A program made the position numbers and the translations under genes. A stretch of 63,521 nucleotides of DNA, counting the filler, from Octopus bimaculoides (lineage: Eukaryota): NCBI RefSeq assembly GCF_001194135.2. It is 8 parts of 8 records of this genome, joined end to end, with 100 filler letters (N's around TTAATTAATTAA, not from the genome) between each part and the next. Parts side by side here need not be neighbours in the genome. Positions count along the whole stretch, not along the records: positions 8,869 to 30,529 come from NC_069007.1; positions 30,630 to 43,932 come from NW_026399831.1; 6 more parts are not named here. One strand, written 5' to 3'. Below, piece after piece: positions 26,546 to 38,925 of the stretch (position 1 is its first letter; each line of letters starts with the position of its first letter). The notes under the pieces were generated by a model. It was given only the letters and a program-made list of their open reading frames with translations, made no database searches and was not told where the DNA came from.

Positions 26546-26735
26546 AGTTTTTGAAATTGGTACTTGGATGTTGAATGTCTCCTACGACAATTAACGACCA
26601 AGTATCAACGCTTATAATGTGTGGAAAGTGACCTTGTGAGACCTCTGACGGCAGGCTGCTGTCTGCTCTCATAGAATCTACCAGAACAAAAAAGACCGAA
26701 AGTTCTCAGAAAACAGCAGCAGCAACAACAACAAG

Positions 26736-26861
26736 AAACGTGGAATAATGTACCTAGAAAGAGGCAAGGTACAGTCCCTAGCAGGGATAGGATTACCTAA
26801 TAGAGAACTGATTAAACAAATTGAAAAGGAAGGCTACAAATACCTAGCCATACTACAGTTT
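26736..26861 (+). pseudogene. R4/Dong RT C-terminal fragment
   Basis: KRGIMYLERGKVQSLAGIGLPNRELIKQIEKEGYKYLAILQ resembles the KC...GK...I.LP...I......YKYLG block. Confidence 0.7.
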
Positions 26862-26862
26862 A

Positions 26863-27199
26863 GCAAAGTCGACCTCGACGGAATTTGAACTCAGAACGTA
26901 GCGACGAGCGAAATGCCATTAAGCATTTCGTTCAGCGTGCTAATGATTCTATCAGCTCGCTGACTTTTATAATTGTCATAACGATAATCCTTTCTACTAA
27001 AGGCACAAGGCCTGGAATTTGGGGGTGGGGATAGTCGATTACATCGTCCCCAGTGTTTCAGTGGTACTTAATTTATCGATCCCAAAAGGATGAAAGGCAA
27101 AGTCGACCTCAGCGGAATTTGAACTTAGAACGTAGCAGCAGACGAAATACCACAAAGCATTTCGCTCGGCGTGCTAACGATTCCGCCAGCTCGCCGTCT
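26863..27199 (-). mobile_element. Two adjacent SINE family A copies (26863-26965 partial; 26984-27199 full)
   Basis: aaagtcgacctc..gaatttgaactcagaacgtagc occurs twice. Confidence 0.85.
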
Positions 27200-27256
<57 letters not shown>

Positions 27257-28318
27257 GCTTAAGATTTTGCCTCAGGGGCAGCTTTTTGGAGGAAGGGATG
27301 AGTTGATTATATTGACACCAGTTTTAACTAGTACTTAATTTATCGACCACCCGAGAGGAGNNNNNNNNNNNNNNNNNNNNNNNNNNNNNNNNNNNNNNNN
27401 NNNNNNNNNNNNNNNNNNNNNNNNNNNNNNNNNNNNNNNNNNNNNNNNNNNNNNNNNNNNNNNNNNNNNNNNNNNNNNNNNNNNNNNNNNNNNNNNNNNN
27501 NNNNNNNNNNNNNNNNNNNNNNNNNNNNNNNNNNNNNNNNNNNNNNNNNNNNNNNNNNNNNNNNNNNNNNNNNNNNNNNNNNNNNNNNNNNNNNNNNNNN
27601 NNNNNNNNNNNNNNNNNNNNNNNNNNNNNNNNNNNNNNNNNNNNNNNNNNNNNNNNNNNNNNNNNNNNNNNNNNNNNNNNNNNNNNNNNNNNNNNNNNNN
27701 NNNNNNNNNNNNNNNNNNNNNNNNNNNNNNNNNNNNNNNNNNNNNNNNNNNNNNNNNNNNNNNNNNNNNNNNNNNNNNNNNNNNNNNNNNNNNNNNNNNN
27801 NNNNNNNNNNNNNNNNNNNNNNNNNNNNNNNNNNNNNNNNNNNNNNNNNNNNNNNNNNNNNNNNNNNNNNNNNNNNNNNNNNNNNNNNNNNNNNNNNNNN
27901 NNNNNNNNNNNNNNNNNNNNNNNNNNNNNNNNNNNNNNNNNNNNNNNNNNNNNNNNNNNNNNNNNNNNNNNNNNNNNNNNNNNNNNNNNNNNNNNNNNNN
28001 NNNNNNNNNNNNNNNNNNNNNNNNNNNNNNNNNNNNNNNNNNNNNNNNNNNNNNNNNNNNNNNNNNNNNNNNNNNNNNNNNNNNNNNNNNNNNNNNNNNN
28101 NNNNNNNNNNNNNNNNNNNNNNNNNNNNNNNNNNNNNNNNNNNNNNNNNNNNNNNNNNNNNNNNNNNNNNNNNNNNNNNNNNNNNNNNNNNNNNNNNNNN
28201 NNNNNNNNNNNNNNNNNNNNNNNNNNNNNNNNNGGCTATGTCTATGAAGCCTTTTTAAATCTGTCTGTACGTCTTTCTCTGTCCGTCTCCCTGAATCTCT
28301 CTCTTTCTACCGTTCTCT

Positions 28319-28384
<66 letters not shown>

Positions 28385-28636
28385 GTCTGTCTGTCTGTCT
28401 GTCTGTATGTATGTATGTATGTCTGTCTGTATCCACCTGCATACCTTACTACCTGTCTATCTATCGTTTTTTTCCCCTCTATGTATGAAAGTATGTATGA
28501 ATGTACATATGTATGTGCATATATATATGTATGTATGCATGTCAGTATGTATGTACGCACGTACATATGTAAGTATGTATGCATATATCTATGTCCACGT
28601 ATGTATGTATCTGTCTGTCTCTCTGTCTGCCTGCCC

Positions 28637-28667
<31 letters not shown>

Positions 28668-28669
28668 TG

Positions 28670-28700
<31 letters not shown>

Positions 28701-28929
28701 GTCTATCTGCCTGTCTGCCTGTCTGTCTGTCTGTCTGTCTGTCTGTCTGCCTGTCTGTCTGTCTGTCTGTCGTATCCCAGCATCAAGTTCTAGAATCTTC
28801 TCCCTGCAGGTGTACACAAGGTACAGGTTTTGAAATACAATACGAGTGGAATAACAGCAGACGATATCATTGTGACATAAAACACTGCACTGTAAAACAG
28901 ATACCATAAGTGTGTGCGTGTATTTATAA

Positions 28930-29013
<84 letters not shown>

Positions 29014-29185
29014 GTGTGTGTGTCTGTATGTACGTATGTGTACGTGTGTCGATGTCTAAATATGTGTCTGAGTTAGGGATGGAACAATGACGTGTGAATC
29101 ATGTATACAGGCTCATAGTTATATGTATATGCGCGTATATCTATATGCATATCTATTTATATGTATATGTGTTATGTATATATGT

Positions 29186-29374
29186 ATAAGAATTATATAT
29201 AACACGGGCGCTATGAAGCCCAAAAAGTTAACACTAGATTTTCACAGGCTTTTCTTTTCCCTACACATGCCTGTGAAAATCTAGTGTTAACTTTTTGAGC
29301 TTCGGAGTATTTTTGACTTCTACTTTTAGCAAACCTGGTGCTTCATAGCGCCAGTGTTATAATATAATTCTTAT
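29186..29374. mobile_element. Fold-back MITE in (TA)n
   Basis: outer IR 29186-29219/29340-29374; inner 35-bp arms 29215-29249/29269-29303 with 1 mismatch. Confidence 0.8.
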
Positions 29375-29603
29375 ATATATATATATNNNNNNNNNNNNNN
29401 NNNNNNNNNNNNNNNNNNNNNNNNNNNNNNNNNNNNNNNNNNNNNNNNNNNNNNNNNNNNNNNNNNNNNNNNNNNNNNNNNNNNNNNNNNNNNNNNNNNN
29501 NNNNNNNNNNATTTTGCCTATACGGTTTTTAGCTTGAGGTCGCTAACATTATTATCTCTCATGAGTATTAATATTCTTTATATATATATATATATATATA
29601 TAT

Positions 29604-29806
29604 GATAGATCGCTGACCATTACACATATATATTTTTCTCTTTTTTTCTCTCCTTGTTTCTCTCCTTTCTTTCTGTGTTCCTTTCTGTTGAAGAGCGTAG
29701 GCTCGAAACGTTAAATACTTTCTCTATTCCCGAGCGTCATACTAATACATCCGTTTGTTGTTTATACAACCTTTCTCCGCCTGTTGTTTTTTCGTGAATT
29801 CTCCCA
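29604..29806 (+). mobile_element. Penelope-like pseudo-LTR fragment with minimal hammerhead-like motif (29682-29715)
   Basis: CUGUUGA-A-GAGC/GUAG/GCUC-GAAACGUU with palindromic AACGUU; flanked by (TA)n on both sides. Confidence 0.5.
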
Positions 29807-29929
29807 TATATATATATATATATATATAAAGATTAATGTAATATAAAGCTGAAAAAAAAAAAAATTAACACCAAATATACAGTGCGTGTGTTTTTATTGG
29901 CTAAACTGGCAATATGACCATCCCCAAGT

Positions 29930-29968
<39 letters not shown>

Positions 29969-30049
29969 TATGTATAGATGCTTATATATGTCTGTACACT
30001 CCTACCTATCTATTTATTTTTGTATGTATGAATTTATATATCAATGTCT

Positions 30050-30303
30050 GTATGGCTCAGTCGTTAGAGAAGTGGGCTGACAATCATGAGGTACTGTGTT
30101 CGATTCCCAGACCAGGGTATGTGTTGTGTTCTTGAGCAAGACACTTCACTGCACGTTGATCCAGTTCTATTCAGCTGTAGAAATGAGTTGCGACGTCAAG
30201 CTGTATCGGCATTTGTCTTTCCCTGGGCTAACATCCGTGTCGCGGAGAGGGTAACTTTCTAGGTGAAATCCGAGTGTCATTCATAACTGAAAAGGGTCTT
30301 TAG
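30050..30303 (+). mobile_element. SINE family B with internal deletion
   Basis: tatggctcagtcg...gtgttcttgagcaagacac...gaaatgagttgcgacgtca. Confidence 0.85.
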
Positions 30304-30629
30304 GTATATATGATTTTTCTTTCTTTGGGCTTAATGAAACTTCTTCCTGAGAGAGTTCAAGCTGGTTGCTAAAAAGGAACGAGACGTTTTGAGTTAAGCG
30401 AGTTCTGCTGTTCATAAATGTGTGTTTGGCTGAAATGTCGATGCATGCAGCCACGCGTGTGCGTCCGTTAACATAAGAATCTATAATGGATAATTATTTG
30501 GAATGTCTTACAGATCTTAACTGTACAACNNNNNNNNNNNNNNNNNNNNNNNNNNNNNNNNNNNNNNNNNNNNTTAATTAATTAANNNNNNNNNNNNNNN
30601 NNNNNNNNNNNNNNNNNNNNNNNNNNNNN

Positions 30630-30671
<42 letters not shown>

Positions 30672-30693
30672 TATATATATATATATATATATA

Positions 30694-30730
<37 letters not shown>

Positions 30731-31074
30731 ATGTGTGTGTGTGCATGTGTGTGTGTGTGTGTTAGGGATACAACTTTATTGCAACTCCATAGTCCTCTAT
30801 CATATTCTGGTGAGCTTTTGCTAGAAAACGATGCAAAGCAATGTTTTTTTTTTTGTATTTGATCAAAAAAGTTCACCTATGACTAACTTTGAAATTTTTA
30901 TAGTCAGTTAAATTTGGGTGGATTTCCAAAAACTAGAACACTGGTTGAATAATAAACAAAAATGTGGAAAAGATCCAAAACGTTTAATCCATAACTGTTA
31001 AAAGAACTATATTCTGCATTCCAGAACAATAAAAAGAAGGTAAGTCATATAAAGTCAAATAAGTCAATAGTCAA

Positions 31075-32640
31075 GTTGCGGCAAGTCATATTTTGATGGC
31101 TCTTGTTTCCAGTGATTTGTCAAGCATTTCAAAGCAGGCTTGTAGGGTAGTAATCTTCAGCTCTATACTGAAGGCATAATATTCAGCTCTATACTGAACC
31201 AGCGGTCCGCCCATTCATATGAGATGAACGGGCAGACTATCTGCAATATTTCTCTCCCATGTGCAAGAAGGGCTAAGATTGCTCGCGAATTCCATCTGGC
31301 ATTATTGATGTTCGGATTTTTAAGAAACTTGATGAAAGATGGGTCTCCGTTTTCATGGAAAAACCTGAAGGCACGGGTTAAGTAGAACAGAAACTTCATA
31401 TCTCTCCAGCCAGCTTGATCTTCAATAGTATGAGTTCTATTCTGGAAGGAGCCTTGGAGTTCTTCACAACTTGTCATGAGTCCTTTGACAAAAAAGTATT
31501 CGATGTTGGGAGACTTGCTTGTGCCTGCTAGCTCCTCATCCATAACAACGCGTAGAATTCTGTCCAAGACAAGGTGTTGGCAGCTCACGAATTGTGGCTT
31601 GTCATAGCTTTTCCTCAAGAATATTCTCTGCAGTCTAATTACTACCCCACTCTTTCGTCCTGTATTCACACTCGTCGCATCAGCAATAAACATTGAGCTT
31701 GCGCCCTACAAGTGAAATTCGTCTAAGACGCTTTTCAATCCTTCTGCAATGGTCTCAGCCTTGCCATCACACAGCTTCAGAGCAGCCAGCTTGATTTCAC
31801 TTGTTTCATTCTTAATGATAACCGCTTGATATTCATTTCCGTCAATATGCTTACCATCGAAATGTAGGCTCCCTTTCTGATTGCGTAGTATATTGTTGAT
31901 CAAGTGTTTCTTCATTTCACTAGCTTTCTTGAAGAGTACCTCGTAAACGCTTTGCTGACTAGGAGCTAGGATATCAATGCCCTCCTCTGACAACTATTTG
32001 CAGATTTTCGCAGCTTCGTTGGTAGAGACGTTTGTTCCCCTCACAAGTCTCGTAGCAATTTCAGATTCGTTGTGCCTTCTTGTGAAGGAATAAGTACCAT
32101 CACTATCACTATCACTATCATTTTGATCAACTCTGTTATCTTTACCATAATTGTACTTTTCAATCTTTTCTTCTTCAGAGTCAGTGTCAGTATCCAGGGC
32201 CGTTGGGTTTGATAAAGAATGAGAGGCTTCAACATCACAGGATTTTCTTCTCTTGGAAGAATGGATAGTGTGCTTGCTTGCAGCTTTGCTTGTCGAATAG
32301 CCCACTTTTCCCTTGCTTTGAAGATGGATGGAGTATAACCTTTTGTCATCAGCATTGAGCCATTCCCCATGAATTTTGGTGATATAGAAAAGTTATTCTA
32401 ATGGCTCAAATTTTCCTTTCTTGGTGCATTTATCATACAAGTGAAGCACATTTTCAAGCTTGGACCGTATTGCTTGCTCGAAAATGATTGGAAAATTCAG
32501 TTTATCTCACCACAGTAGTGTCACCTCTCTTGATAATTCCGTCACTCTCTCCTTTCAGCTTTTAATTGATTTCCCAAGAAACTGGTAAAGACCAACAATC
32601 TACCCATTGAGTGGCATTGTGCTTCTGCTGGCCAGTGAGG
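31075..32640 (-). pseudogene. hAT-superfamily-like (hATm-like) transposase remnant
   Basis: SLHFDGK, DATSVNTGRKSGV, CQHLVLDRIL, WNSRAILALLA, HWKQEPS motifs across several frames with stops; TIRs not found. Confidence 0.72.
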
Positions 32641-32708
32641 CTTCTTCTACAGGCACACGACATCTAGACGAATGGGACTGGAACTGCACCAAATTTCTCC
32701 TCCATTTT

Positions 32709-32974
32709 CCCTTTTGTCTGTCCTTGTTTGTTCCCTCTATGTTTAGCCCCTTGTGGGCAATAAAGAAATAAGAAACGTTAGCACGCCAGGCGAAATGCTT
32801 AGCGGTATTTTGTCTGTCTTTACTTTCTGAGTTCCAATTCCGCCGAGGTCGACTTTGCCTTTCATCCTTTCGGGGTCGATCAATTAAGTACCATCTGCGT
32901 ACTGGGGTCGATCTAATCGACTGACCCCCTCCCCCAAAATTTTGGGCATTGTGCTTGGAGTAGAAAAGAATATT
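32709..32974 (+). mobile_element. SINE family A dimer, 5'-truncated
   Basis: tail-A ...gggcaataaagaaataag joined to aaacgttagcacgcc at about 32771; ends agtagaaaagaatatt. Confidence 0.9.
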
Positions 32975-33239
32975 CTCTAACTAAGTGATAATATGCAGTT
33001 ACAACATATAAATAAATGATAACAGGTGGACAGTCGAAATAAATAGACAAAATACTTTCACTTTTATAATATTCTCTAACCAAGAAATAATACACAATTA
33101 CAACATATGAATAAATAATAAATCATAAATATGTGAAAATCACTAAATAGTATTCTCTAATGCCAATGTACGACCATATAGATTTTAAAAGTATGGAAGA
33201 CCCTACATACAAAAAAAACTATGTACATGTTACGAATTA

Positions 33240-33430
33240 GAGAAAATCCCTTGTAAACCACCGTTTTTCCAGGTTTGTCCATTTACACAGGAGTTCTGGG
33301 TAAAATGTTATAGTGCATGACCATCCTTGGAACATAAGTAATGTGTGTGTGTAAAGTTTGGTAAAAATCGGTAGAGAATTGTGGAAATGTATGCGTTAGT
33401 CAAGATACACACACATACTGTCATTATATG
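33240..33430 (-). mobile_element. Possible non-autonomous Helitron/Helentron-like element
   Basis: minus strand atataatgacagtatgtgtg...ctctaccgatttttaccaaactttacacac parallels 7443-7560. Confidence 0.35.
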
Positions 33431-33731
33431 TTGTTGTCGTCGACTGGGTATAACGTCAATGTTGGCAGACTATAGAATATATTTGATGGAACATTCCTCT
33501 TGCGTATCACTTACTTTATTGATCACTCGGGAGAATGAGTCGTTTTGTCTTCTTTTTAGGTGAGAAAAGACAAGCAATTTGGATGTGAATGTAAATATGG
33601 AAAGAAACTAATTTAGATATCAAAACAAGATATCTATATTATTTATTTACTATTTATTGTTTCTTTCATTTCACGACTCAAAAGAGTTATAAAAAACGAA
33701 GAAAACCGTTGACATAATCTAGTGAACATTT

Positions 33732-33762
<31 letters not shown>

Positions 33763-34066
33763 CGCACACACGCACGCACACACACACACACACACATACA
33801 CACACACACACACANNNNNNNNNNNNNNNNNNNNNNNNNNNNNNNNNNNNNNNNNNNNNNNNNNNNNNNNNNNNNNNNNNNNNNNNNNNNNNNNNNNGTG
33901 TTTGCGTGTGGTGTGGGAAATAGGCTAGCGAAATTACTGAAATGCCTTATCCTAAAGTAAATATGATTTGCCAAGACCCTGCTAGCCATTAGAGGTGCTT
34001 TTATAGTCATCATTCCATCCATCTTATTTGTTCATTCTTCCTCTTTTCTTTTCCCTCTCAGTATTT

Positions 34067-34112
<46 letters not shown>

Positions 34113-34116
34113 GCTG

Positions 34117-34156
<40 letters not shown>

Positions 34157-34516
34157 AACAGGAACGTCATCCCGATGCAGGCTGGCTTCCAAATTAGTTT
34201 CATTTGTTTTTACACCTGATGTTGCTGACAAAAGCGACATGCTGGTGGTGGTGGTGATGTTGATGAACGCGATGATGATGGTTAACGGCAATGACGATGG
34301 TTAACAACAACGATGACGACGATGATGATGATGATGATGAGGGATGTTAAAATTACAATAATTAAGGTTCTTATAACCAGTATGATCATTGTTATTGTCA
34401 TTGTTTAACCTCAGGCCAAGCATCCTAGCTATGACCATCAAATTTGCTTTTGTTCTTCTGTTTTATGTTTTTTTTCAGCCAAAGAACCATATTATCCAAT
34501 ATATTATGATATACTG

Positions 34517-34770
34517 AGGTTCGTTTACGTCCCCATAGCTTAGCAGTTCAGCAAAATACCTCGATAGAGTAAGTACCGAACTTAAAAAAAAAAGAAAGCG
34601 ATAAGTTCCGGGGGTCGATTTGTTCGATTACATCAGTGATTCTCAACCAGAGTCCACATGGCCTCTTGAGGTCCATGTAAAATTTTGTTGCTAAAACTTA
34701 TCTGCATTAAATTGGTTATACTTGTACAACACACAAAATATTTTAGTTTTTTAATGCAATTCCTAATAAT
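34517..34770 (+). mobile_element. SINE family C tail (to ~34630) followed by a hAT-MITE end
   Basis: tttacgtccccatagcttagcagttc...ggggtcgatttgttcga; then cagtgattctcaacc. Confidence 0.6.
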
Positions 34771-34781
34771 ATTTAATTATA

Positions 34782-35218
34782 AAGGCAGCGAGCTGGAAGA
34801 AATGTTAGCACGCCGGGCGAAATGCTTAGTAGTATTCCGTCAGCCGCTACGGTCTGAGTTCAAATTCCGCCGAGGTCAACTTTGCCTTTCATCGTTTCGG
34901 GGTCGATAAATAAAGTACCAGTTACGCGCTGGGGTCGATGTAATCGACTTAATCCCTTTGTCTGTCCTTGTTTTCCCCCTCTATGTTTAGCCCCTTGTGG
35001 GCAATAAAGAAATAAAAAACGTTAGCACGCCAGACGAAATGCTCTGCGGTATTTCGTCTGTCTTTACGTTCGGAGTTCAAATTCCGCCGAAGTCGACCTT
35101 TGCCTTTCATCTTTTCTGGATTGATAAATTAAGTACCAGTTGCATACTGAGGTCGATCTAATCAACCGACCCCTCCCTCAAAATTTCGGGCCTTGTGCCT
35201 AAAGTAGAAAAGAATATT
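34782..35218 (+). mobile_element. SINE family A dimer, full length
   Basis: two monomers joined at about 35015; same junction and right tail as 32709-32974. Confidence 0.92.
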
Positions 35219-36409
35219 TAATTATAAAAATATTATAGGAATTTTTTAAACAACGAATGGCTGGCGGGTGAGGTGGGGGTCCTGTAGAGTAAAATTGGAA
35301 CCAAAAGGGTCCATAGTTTAAAAAATGTTGAGAAACACTGGACTGCACCCATGAGATCGGTGCCCTAACGTGGCCACAGTCCACTAACTGCAGCAAATGA
35401 AAGGTAAGAGATGAAAGATAAACACGCAAGTCTATTTGTCCAATCATTCCCTCCTGCTGTGATTTAGCCAGTCTATGGTTCTAACCTAGCACGGTCCCAA
35501 TAATGGAAATAATAAATATATGATCGGTTGGTGATGATAACCAAACGATTTATTTAGGAAGACGACTGTCAATGACGTCTGTTATGAGTCTAATGGCTTC
35601 GTAACTGTTCAAGTAATATTTCTATTGTAGCCTTTTGTTAATTTTTGTTGGTTTGCGTGATAGAATCACGGGAAGAGGGAAGAAAGATAAAAACAAGGGA
35701 GAGAAAAATAAAATGAAACTCATAAAATGTCCTTTTGTCTACCAAACACGAACGTTATAAAGTTAGAGGTTTTCATTCCACTCTTAGTTTTGACAAACAT
35801 ACAACGCAAATGTCTTCTATTTGTTTGTTTGTTCTTTTTTCACTACATCGGTTCGGAATTCTTGCTTTCTATCTTTGTTTCTTTCCTTTTTGTTTTTTAT
35901 TTCTTCTGTCTCTTCCATTCTTCAGCTCCTTCATGAAGAAGAAGAAGAAGAGACTGAAGAGGATGAGGAAAATGAGGAGGAAATGCTGCAGCAGCAGCAG
36001 CAGCAGCAGGACAGGAGGAGCTGGAAGGTGGGGAGAGAGTCCGGAATATTGAGAAAAAATGTTTTTAAAAATTGTGAATCCAGCATAGCAACTGTACCGT
36101 CATCGCCATCTTAATTTCAGAATAAAAGATATTTCTCTTCTTGTCATTGCGATTGGAGTACAAAGTAGTAACGTTTGAAAGGATACAGAGAAAGAGAGAN
36201 NNNNNNNNNNNNNNNNNNNNNNNNNNNNNNNNNNNNNNNNNNNNNNNNNNNNNNNNNNNNNNNNNNNNNNNNNNNNNNNNNNNNNNNNNNNNNNNNNNNN
36301 NNNNNNNNNNNNNNNNNNNNNNNNNNNNNNNNNNNNNNNNNNNNNNNNNNNNNNNNNNNNNNNNNNNNNNNNNNNNNNNNNNNNNNNNNNNNNNNNNNNN
36401 NNNNNNNNN

Positions 36410-36470
<61 letters not shown>

Positions 36471-37209
36471 TCTGATAAATGGATAACACGAACTATTTTT
36501 CTTCAGCTGTAGTTATTTGGCTGCAATGAACTGAGAAAATTTCCCGCCTAGAAGGTTCTAAGGTTCCACACTTGACCCCAAATGCAATAATTACTGGTAT
36601 TAGTCCCCTGCCAAACTTAATTTATATTTTTAACCACCACAAAGACTTCTCTATAGTCACTAGAGCTGCTGAATAGCGGCATAACCAAGTATTCTCATCT
36701 AACTGTCCGCCATCTTTTAAAATGGCGACCACATGTTTTACAATCATAAATCTTAGAAGAGCAACAAAGAGAGAACAGTCACGGTTTGAACGTTTATTCA
36801 ATTGAGTCTTTGATCGACTGTTCCAGCACCGCAGATTCTACTTAAGCTGAACTGACCGATAATTCTTTGTAAGGTCGACAAAACAACAATAAATCAACTT
36901 AAGTCTTGAAATGTCTGTCAAAAATTTAGATTGAAAATAGTGAGAATAATAAAAAAAAAAGAGGTATTTTCTTGCCTTTTTTTTTTTTCAGTGCTATCGT
37001 TGCAGACCCCTAGTCTGCGGGATCCATCTACAATCAAGTGAGTATAAAAAGGAAAAAGGGAATCTGAAGCGATTTAATATGGAGTGGCCTTGCTTTGTCT
37101 GCTTCTGGGTCCTTAACTCCTCGATGGAATTGTAGAGGCGCTGTTGTGACATATGATGAGCATAGGTATTTTATTTATTTGCTCTTCAACGGTTGATAAA
37201 ACTATTAAT

Positions 37210-37407
37210 AATGGTTTGAAATTTTGGTACAAGGCCAGTAATTTCGGGGAAGTGGGTAAGTCGACTACATCGACCCCAGTGCTTAACTGGTACTTATTTT
37301 ATCACCCTGAAAGGATGAAAGGCAAAGTCGACTTCGGTGGCATTTGAACTCAGAACGTAAAGACGGACGAAATGCCGCTAAGCAGTGCTTCTGGGGTGCT
37401 AACGATT
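37210..37407 (-). mobile_element. SINE family A
   Basis: gtcgactacatcgaccccagtg...ggatgaaaggcaaagtcgacttcgg. Confidence 0.85.
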
Positions 37408-37695
37408 GATAAGAGCATTTAAAAGATTAAACTATTGATAAGAGCATGTAAATGTTTACAGACGATCTGGGTTCAAATTCCATGAGTAGTCTTCGACTTT
37501 TTCAATCCAAAAGGGTTTTTAATTCAGTATTTATCCGCTATTATTAATAGTGCTATGTACAGTTTATCTTCAACTAAAAAATGAATTATGTCACGTTCTT
37601 CCAAAGTTTCTAAATTCATATGATTTCAATTTTATTTATTGTTTTTTGTAGACTTGGTGGCGCCCATTCCTCTCGTGGTGTAACTACCGCTGAGT

Positions 37696-37866
37696 TATTA
37701 AAGAAAGAAAGAAGAATTTACCCCAGTACAGAACTGAGAATATATTTATTCCCACCACACCAAGAAAAAACCCCATCTATTAAAGAAAGAAAGTAAAAGA
37801 AGAATTTACCCCACTACAGAACTGGGAATATATTTATTTATTCCCATCACACCAAGAAAAAACCCC
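37696..37866. repeat. Two-copy tandem duplication (82/89 bp)
   Basis: gaagaatttacccca.tacagaactg.gaatatatttatt...acaccaagaaaaaacccc occurs twice. Confidence 0.9.
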
Positions 37867-38689
37867 TGAAAATTGGCGAGATTTGAACCCAGAGCAAAGA
37901 GAGGCGGAATGTATATCGTAAAGCAATCTTTCTGATGCGCTAACGACTCCACCAAATAAGAACCTTTAGCATGGTTTATATAAAATTGGAAATGGATATT
38001 AACGGGTATCAATTAAGGATTGAGAAAACAGGATTTCTTATCAATGTGTTTGAAGATGACGGTGAGTGAAGGAAGTGAGAGATTCAAAAAGTTACATTCG
38101 TACACATACATACATACGTGTGCGCGCGTGCGCGTGTGTGTTTGTGTGCGTGTGCTTGTGTGTGTGTGTGCGCGTGTGTGTTTGTGTGTGTACGCGCGTG
38201 TGTATTTGTGTGTGTGTACATTTGTTTTTATACACTCTAATACACTACAACGCAAAAGGCATTCGCTGCAGGATTTTGATCCTAAGGAAGATCTTTCTTT
38301 ATAGACTCTCCACAGAGAGAAATTATTGTCTCCCTATTAATATCCTATTTATTTTATTATTATGATTATCAATTTTTTGGTTAACTCGATTCATATTTTC
38401 AATAAAAATCTATGACAGATTTATTTCATTTCTTCTTCTTCTTCTTCTTCTTCTTCTTCTTCTTCTTCTTCNNNNNNNNNNTATTCATCTTCTTCTTCTT
38501 CTTCCTTCGCTTCTCCTTCTTCTTCTTCCTCTTCTTCTTCTTCCTTCGCTTCTCCCTCTTCTTCTTCTTTTTCTTCTTCTTCATCTTCTTCTTCCTCTTC
38601 TTCTTTTTCTTCTTCTCCTTCCTCCACTGCTTCTTCTTCTTATCATCATCATTATTATAATTATTATTATTATCATAATAATTATTATT

Positions 38690-38925
38690 AAAGCAGCAAC
38701 CTGGCAGTGTCTGTTAGTACCACGCCGGACAAAAATGCTTAGCGGCAATTTCGTCCGTCCTTTACGTTCTGACTTCAAATTCTCGCCGAGGTCGATTTTG
38801 CCTCTTCATCCTTTCGGAGTCGATAAATTAAGTACCAGTAAAACAATTGGGTCGATCGATGTAATCAACTAGTCCCCGCCTCCCAAATTTCCCGCCTTGC
38901 ACCTATAGTACAAACGATTATTATT
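38690..38925 (+). mobile_element. SINE family A within (ATT)n
   Basis: cgccggacaaaaatgcttagcgg...gtcgataaattaagtacc. Confidence 0.8.

Noticed and set aside
30762-30780. hAT terminal inverted repeat (ttaggg...)
   Set aside because: The only candidate partner (ccctac near 33205) matches just 5 bp
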